64,000 nt of DNA from Promethearchaeota archaeon (GTDB taxonomy: Archaea; Asgardarchaeota; Lokiarchaeia; Sigyniarchaeales; SOKP01). Location: the NCBI GenBank assembly GCA_048941015.1, contig JBHLNZ010000002.1, positions 32,001-96,000 of the forward strand, written 5' to 3'. Positions within the stretch are counted from its first letter, which is position 1. Each line of letters begins with the position of its first letter. The position numbers and the translations under genes are program-made. The notes below the pieces were generated by a model, which had not been told where the DNA came from, searched no databases, and was given only the letters and a program-made list of their open reading frames with translations. This document shows, piece after piece, positions 59,819 through 64,000 of the stretch.

Positions 59819-60034
59819 TTATATACCAAAGGATTTAAGAAAAAAGTGAATTGCAAAACCTAAAAACACAGAAGTAAAGGCAATAGAAATTATAGACAAT
59901 TTGATTGATAATTCCCTACCATATTTTGTATAAAGTACTAATATAGTCAATGAAATAATCCCAATAACAAGAAAAATCCATGCTAATATCCATAAAGTAA
60001 ATGAAGGAATTTCAAAGTCACTAATTTGAAACAT
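59819..60034 (-). CDS. OST5/TMEM258-like oligosaccharyltransferase subunit
   Basis: Two TMs with TKYGRE linker and S.FLGF...GI terminus, matching the TMEM258 pattern. Confidence 0.65.
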   Translation of the reverse strand: MFQISDFEIPSFTLWILAWIFLVIGIISLTILVLYTKYGRELSIKLSIISIAFTSVFLGFAIHFFLKSFGI

Positions 60035-60273
60035 AGGTTCTAATATGAGTTTTCTACATTTTTATTCTGGTTAAATTATATTTTATTTTTTATATTTTTT
60101 TAAGTTTATCAATAATAAATTGAAATTTACGGTATTGTTCAAAAAGTTGAATAAGGTGTTTTATTTAATGTGTTAAATTTATTGTTTTTTCCAAATTATT
60201 TTAGCAAAGAATTAATGATTAAAATTTAAAGGCATGAACTCTTGTTAAATTATAAATATTTTGAATTATTTAA

Positions 60274-61068
60274 TTGAAACTTGAAAAAATGCATTTTTTA
60301 AACAAGCTCATTAAAACTCCAATTTTGGATGATCCAGCAAATAAACATAGGGAGGTTCATCGGCATTTCTATAGGTATTCGAGGGGAGATTTCATTGGCC
60401 CTGCGATAAAAATAAGCAAAACAAGTACAAAGATCACTCTTAAAGGAACCCATGAATATGAAGATTTAATATTAGAAATTGTTACTAAAACAATTTCAAA
60501 TAATAGTGATTTTGAAATTAAAGGTAGATTGATTACTGGAAGCGATATCTCAAAAATTATTTCTAATTTAGGTTTTAATTGGGAATTAAAACAATCTACT
60601 GGAAAAACTAAGAATTTTAAAGCAGATATTATAGATAAAACAAATAGAGAACAATTATTAAATGCTATTGATATGTTTCGAGAAAATAGTTATCTACTCA
60701 TATCTTTCAATTTAGGGTCAAATTGTAAAGTTACAACTAAAAAAAATATTCCACAACCATCTAAAAAAAAAATTGAAGATGATGATGTTAATAAGAGGGT
60801 ACAATTCTGCACTGGATATATAAGAAATAATAAACAAAACCTTGACTACATAATTAATTTAATAATACCAGATTTTAAAGCAGACATTTCGAGTAATTGG
60901 AAATCGATTACACTTTATAATAACTATAAAATTACCGATATTGAAATCCCAAAAAGTCTCACAGATTCAAGATTAATGCGAATAATGTCGGTTAGAGAAG
61001 GAAAAGTGTTTCGATCATTAGAGATTGATGGTGAGATCATAGAAAAACAATATTCTGTTGTTGTATAA
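60274..61068 (+). CDS. Hypothetical protein
   Basis: 264-aa ORF with VHRHFYRYSRGDF.GP; no function recognised. Confidence 0.65.
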   Translation: MKLEKMHFLNKLIKTPILDDPANKHREVHRHFYRYSRGDFIGPAIKISKTSTKITLKGTHEYEDLILEIVTKTISNNSDFEIKGRLITGSDISKIISNLGFNWELKQSTGKTKNFKADIIDKTNREQLLNAIDMFRENSYLLISFNLGSNCKVTTKKNIPQPSKKKIEDDDVNKRVQFCTGYIRNNKQNLDYIINLIIPDFKADISSNWKSITLYNNYKITDIEIPKSLTDSRLMRIMSVREGKVFRSLEIDGEIIEKQYSVVV

Positions 61069-61172
61069 TAAAAAATATAGTATCTATGATATAAAATATA
61101 AAAAAATTTAATTTTTATAAAAATTTATGATACAAAAAAGACTTTAAAATTAAAAGAGGGAATTGGAAAAAT

Positions 61173-61754
61173 TTGAATCCGCTACTCCGTTCATTATTGT
61201 ATATCATAGGAGGGGATATAGCAATTGAAGTTGGAATTGAATTATTGAATTCAGAGAATGAAGATATCACAGATGAAGATATTACTGAAAATATTAAGGA
61301 ACGAATTGAAGCTGAAAATAGAGAAGTAGATTTTGAGCCAGATGATACTGAAATTCTAAAACTTAATACAGTTAGAAAAACTTTGTACAAACTTTATAAT
61401 GAAAAACTAGCTCAATTTCGTCGAATAAGAGACAAATCAACTGGCTGGTTTATTTATTATTGGTGGCACGAATTTGATCTACTTGATGAAATTGTTCTTG
61501 AAAAAAGAAAGACTATTGAGTTAAAACTAAGAGAGAGATTAGATTTTGAAGAGAATAATTATTTTTTTATTTGCCGAAACTGTGAAGATTCTAATACCAA
61601 ATTTAATTTTGAAGAAGCATACGAGATGAATTTTAGGTGCCCCAATTGTGGAAATATTTTAGAAGCGCAAGATAATAAGAAGATTATCCAATTTTTAAAA
61701 GAAAAAATTGCATCAATTCAAAAAGTCGATATTCCTTTAAGTAATGATAAATGA
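61173..61754 (+). CDS. tfe: Transcription factor E (TFE/TFIIE-alpha)
   Basis: LNTVRKTLYKLY, RIRDKSTGWFIYYW, Zn ribbon CRNC...FRCPNCG. Confidence 0.92.
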   Translation: MNPLLRSLLYIIGGDIAIEVGIELLNSENEDITDEDITENIKERIEAENREVDFEPDDTEILKLNTVRKTLYKLYNEKLAQFRRIRDKSTGWFIYYWWHEFDLLDEIVLEKRKTIELKLRERLDFEENNYFFICRNCEDSNTKFNFEEAYEMNFRCPNCGNILEAQDNKKIIQFLKEKIASIQKVDIPLSNDK

Positions 61755-61818
61755 GTTAAAAAATAACATTTTAATAAATTTTTATCCGATTTTTAGATAT
61801 TTTTTCAAATGAGGTGTA

Positions 61819-63876
61819 ATTTCTTTTTCTAAAAATAATTTACCTATTATAAGAAGATTTGGAACATGTTCAAAAGATTGTTATGGATCTTGTGTATTTA
61901 TTGGAGAATGGAAAGATAATAATACCGAGAAGAAATTTATAAAAGCAATACCTTCGAAAAGTCATCCATTTACTAAAGGTTTCTTTTGTTCTAAACTAAA
62001 TAATCGCCAAGATTTAATTTATCATCCCGCAAGACTAAAAAAGCCATTGTTTAGAACTAATGAAAAAGGGTCAAATGACTTTAATACTATTTCTTTAAAA
62101 AGAGCTTTAGAAATTATAGCTAACAATCTTATTGAGATTCAAAAAAACTATGGTTCTGAATCTATTCTAGCAGCATTTAATGCTGGTAATTTTGGTTTAA
62201 TCTCTAGATATGCTCCATTAAGATTTTTTGGGAGAATAGATGCCCAGATAACAGCTGGGGGAATTTGCAATGAAGGAGGCTGTGCTGGCTTGACAGAATT
62301 ATTTGGAACTTATTCAACAACAAATCCATTACAATTGATTAATTCAAAAACAAAATTAATTGTAGTTTGGGGCAGTGATTTATCTAATAGGAATATACAT
62401 GCTTATCTCTTAATCAAAAAAGCGAAAGAAAATGGAGCTTTTTTAATCGTAATCGATTCACGATTTACGAAAATTGCAGAAGAAGCAGACTATTTTATTT
62501 ATACAAAACCGGGAACAGATCACTTATTAGCTCAAATAATTATAAAAAGATTAATTAAGCTAAAGGAATATGAAAAGCTATTCTTAAAAAATTACGTTGA
62601 TGGTTATCAAGTAGTTATAAAAGAAGCGGCTAATATCAATGAAGAATATAATCTGAATTTAATTGAAATTGAAAAAAAACAAATCATTGATATAGTTAAT
62701 CTATTAATCAAATTTAAAAATCATACGATTTTTAATGTTGGCTATGGGGTACAAAAAGATTATTATGGTGGTAGAATTCTTCAATCAATTTCTTTGATTC
62801 AAATACTATTAGGAAATTTTGGAAAAGAGAGTACAGGTTTAATATATTCTCAAAGTGATTTTAATAAAAGATTTACAATACCTTTACTTGAATATATTAC
62901 TCAATTTCCCCTTAATTCGTTAAAATTTAATATAAATTTAATTGATTTAGGAAATAAGTTAAGTTCTAATGATATCAAAATGTTGTTTATTTATAATTTC
63001 AATCCCGCTAGCTCGCTTCCAAATCAAAATAAAGTAAGAAAATCTTTAAAGAGAAAAGATTTATTTATTGTAGTACAAGATTTATTTCTAAATGAAACAA
63101 CAAAGTATGCAGATATTGTAATCCCATCAAAATTCGATTTAGAATCTAATGATCTAATTACTCCATACTATGTTCCAGGTATTTCTATTAATCAAGCAGG
63201 ACCGTGTCCATATCCTGATTGTACTTCCAATTTTGAGTTTTTTCAGCTTTTAGCACAGAATCTTAATTGGAATATTGATCCTGAGTTCTATGAAAACGAA
63301 GATTCGATTATTCAAAATTGTATTGACTTACTTCCATCAAAAGTTCGAGATGGTATAAGAAGTAAGGGATATCATGTGATTTTTGGTAAAGATGATATTC
63401 CTTTCAAAAATTTAAAATTTCCAACTAAGAATAATCATATTCAATTAAGCAAATTTCAATTTTTTTTTGGTAGATATGAGTTAGAAGAGAGATTAGTAAG
63501 AGATAAAAATGAAATTCTTCTGATAACTCCCTCCTTTAAACAATTTATTCATTCTCAACTAGGACAAATACATCCAAAATATTTAGGAGTATTTGAAAAA
63601 GTATATTTAAGTCAAGGTGATATAAAGAAGTTTAAGTTGAAACATGGTGAGAGTGTAATTGTGTCAAATGAATATGGAAGAGGGAAATTCATCGTTGAGG
63701 AATCGAGATTATTAAGATCTGGAGTAGCAATGATTTATTCAGGCTGTCCTCTAAATTCTGCTAATAGAAGAAATGTTAATGTCTTAATAGGAGATCGTCC
63801 CGAAGAGTTAGGTTTTTCAGGATCTTATAATTCTGCTACTGTCAGAATCACTAAAGTTAAACCTGAATTAAACTGA
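61819..63876 (+). CDS. Molybdopterin (bis-MGD) oxidoreductase; start uncertain
   Basis: The frame extends upstream of TTG 62047 through TCSKDCYGSC...HPFTKGFFCSK (4Fe-4S domain); KPGTD, TTKYADIV, molydop-binding C-terminus. Confidence 0.85.
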   Translation: MSFSKNNLPIIRRFGTCSKDCYGSCVFIGEWKDNNTEKKFIKAIPSKSHPFTKGFFCSKLNNRQDLIYHPARLKKPLFRTNEKGSNDFNTISLKRALEIIANNLIEIQKNYGSESILAAFNAGNFGLISRYAPLRFFGRIDAQITAGGICNEGGCAGLTELFGTYSTTNPLQLINSKTKLIVVWGSDLSNRNIHAYLLIKKAKENGAFLIVIDSRFTKIAEEADYFIYTKPGTDHLLAQIIIKRLIKLKEYEKLFLKNYVDGYQVVIKEAANINEEYNLNLIEIEKKQIIDIVNLLIKFKNHTIFNVGYGVQKDYYGGRILQSISLIQILLGNFGKESTGLIYSQSDFNKRFTIPLLEYITQFPLNSLKFNINLIDLGNKLSSNDIKMLFIYNFNPASSLPNQNKVRKSLKRKDLFIVVQDLFLNETTKYADIVIPSKFDLESNDLITPYYVPGISINQAGPCPYPDCTSNFEFFQLLAQNLNWNIDPEFYENEDSIIQNCIDLLPSKVRDGIRSKGYHVIFGKDDIPFKNLKFPTKNNHIQLSKFQFFFGRYELEERLVRDKNEILLITPSFKQFIHSQLGQIHPKYLGVFEKVYLSQGDIKKFKLKHGESVIVSNEYGRGKFIVEESRLLRSGVAMIYSGCPLNSANRRNVNVLIGDRPEELGFSGSYNSATVRITKVKPELN

Positions 63877-63884
63877 AAGAAAGA

Positions 63885-64000
63885 TTAGGTTTTCTTTTTT
63901 TTTATAAAAGCGATATCACCTAAAGAAGCACCAGTTGATTTTTTCATATATTTATCCTTGTTTGCACTTACTTCGGTTGCATCAGCCTTTTTTAATATTT
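63885..64000 (-). CDS. 3' end of an unidentified CDS running off the window
   Basis: Open frame ...ILKKADATEVSANKDKYMKKSTGASLGDIAFIKKKKT*, convergent with the oxidoreductase. Confidence 0.35.
   Translation of the reverse strand, partial: ILKKADATEVSANKDKYMKKSTGASLGDIAFIKKKKT

Noticed and set aside
1091-61390. Numerous 60-130 aa ORFs antisense or out-of-frame within long genes (e.g. 1758-1943, 2664-2966, 19378-19704, 51130-51519, 61115-61390)
   Set aside because: Shadow ORFs fully overlapping well-supported genes; no motifs
61810-61812. In-frame TGA as selenocysteine in the oxidoreductase
   Set aside because: It does not align with a conserved Cys; the upstream peptide is AT-rich and non-coding-like, and no SECIS was recognised
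1-64000. CRISPR arrays, rRNA genes, IS elements
   Set aside because: None detected by eye

Overview
AT-rich archaeal chromosomal DNA, most consistent with an Asgard archaeon of the Lokiarchaeia type. This is inferred from the unsplit RpoB, PolD, Elf1, SmAP3, roadblock, longin and Rab-like proteins, and BHB-intron tRNAs. Most of the window is housekeeping: gatE, elp3, pyrDK, nop5/fibrillarin, rnhB, mat, hypB, pelA, rtcB/archease, carS, cdc6, DP1/DP2, thiL, cbf5, rpoH/rpoB, tfe and three tRNAs, two with non-canonical introns. Three non-housekeeping clusters stand out. (1) At 29.9-33.7 kb is a putative actin/membrane-remodelling locus: a 153-aa protein with a BRK1/HSPC300-like coiled coil, a polyproline tract and a VASP-FAB/WASH-C-like helix; an adjacent BAR-like helical protein; and an unannotated 50-aa WH2-motif microprotein. 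(2) At 18.4-27.3 kb is an eight-gene operon with an Nse1/MAGE-like tandem winged-helix (KITE) protein, a hinge-less SMC-like protein with degenerate ATPase motifs, an AAA+ ATPase and a duplicated Zn-ribbon/PC4-like protein. (3) At 14.1-17.1 kb are AN1-zinc-finger-fused intramembrane protease and pseudo-rhomboid genes next to a LITAF-like protein. All family calls were made by eye from motifs; no database searches were run.
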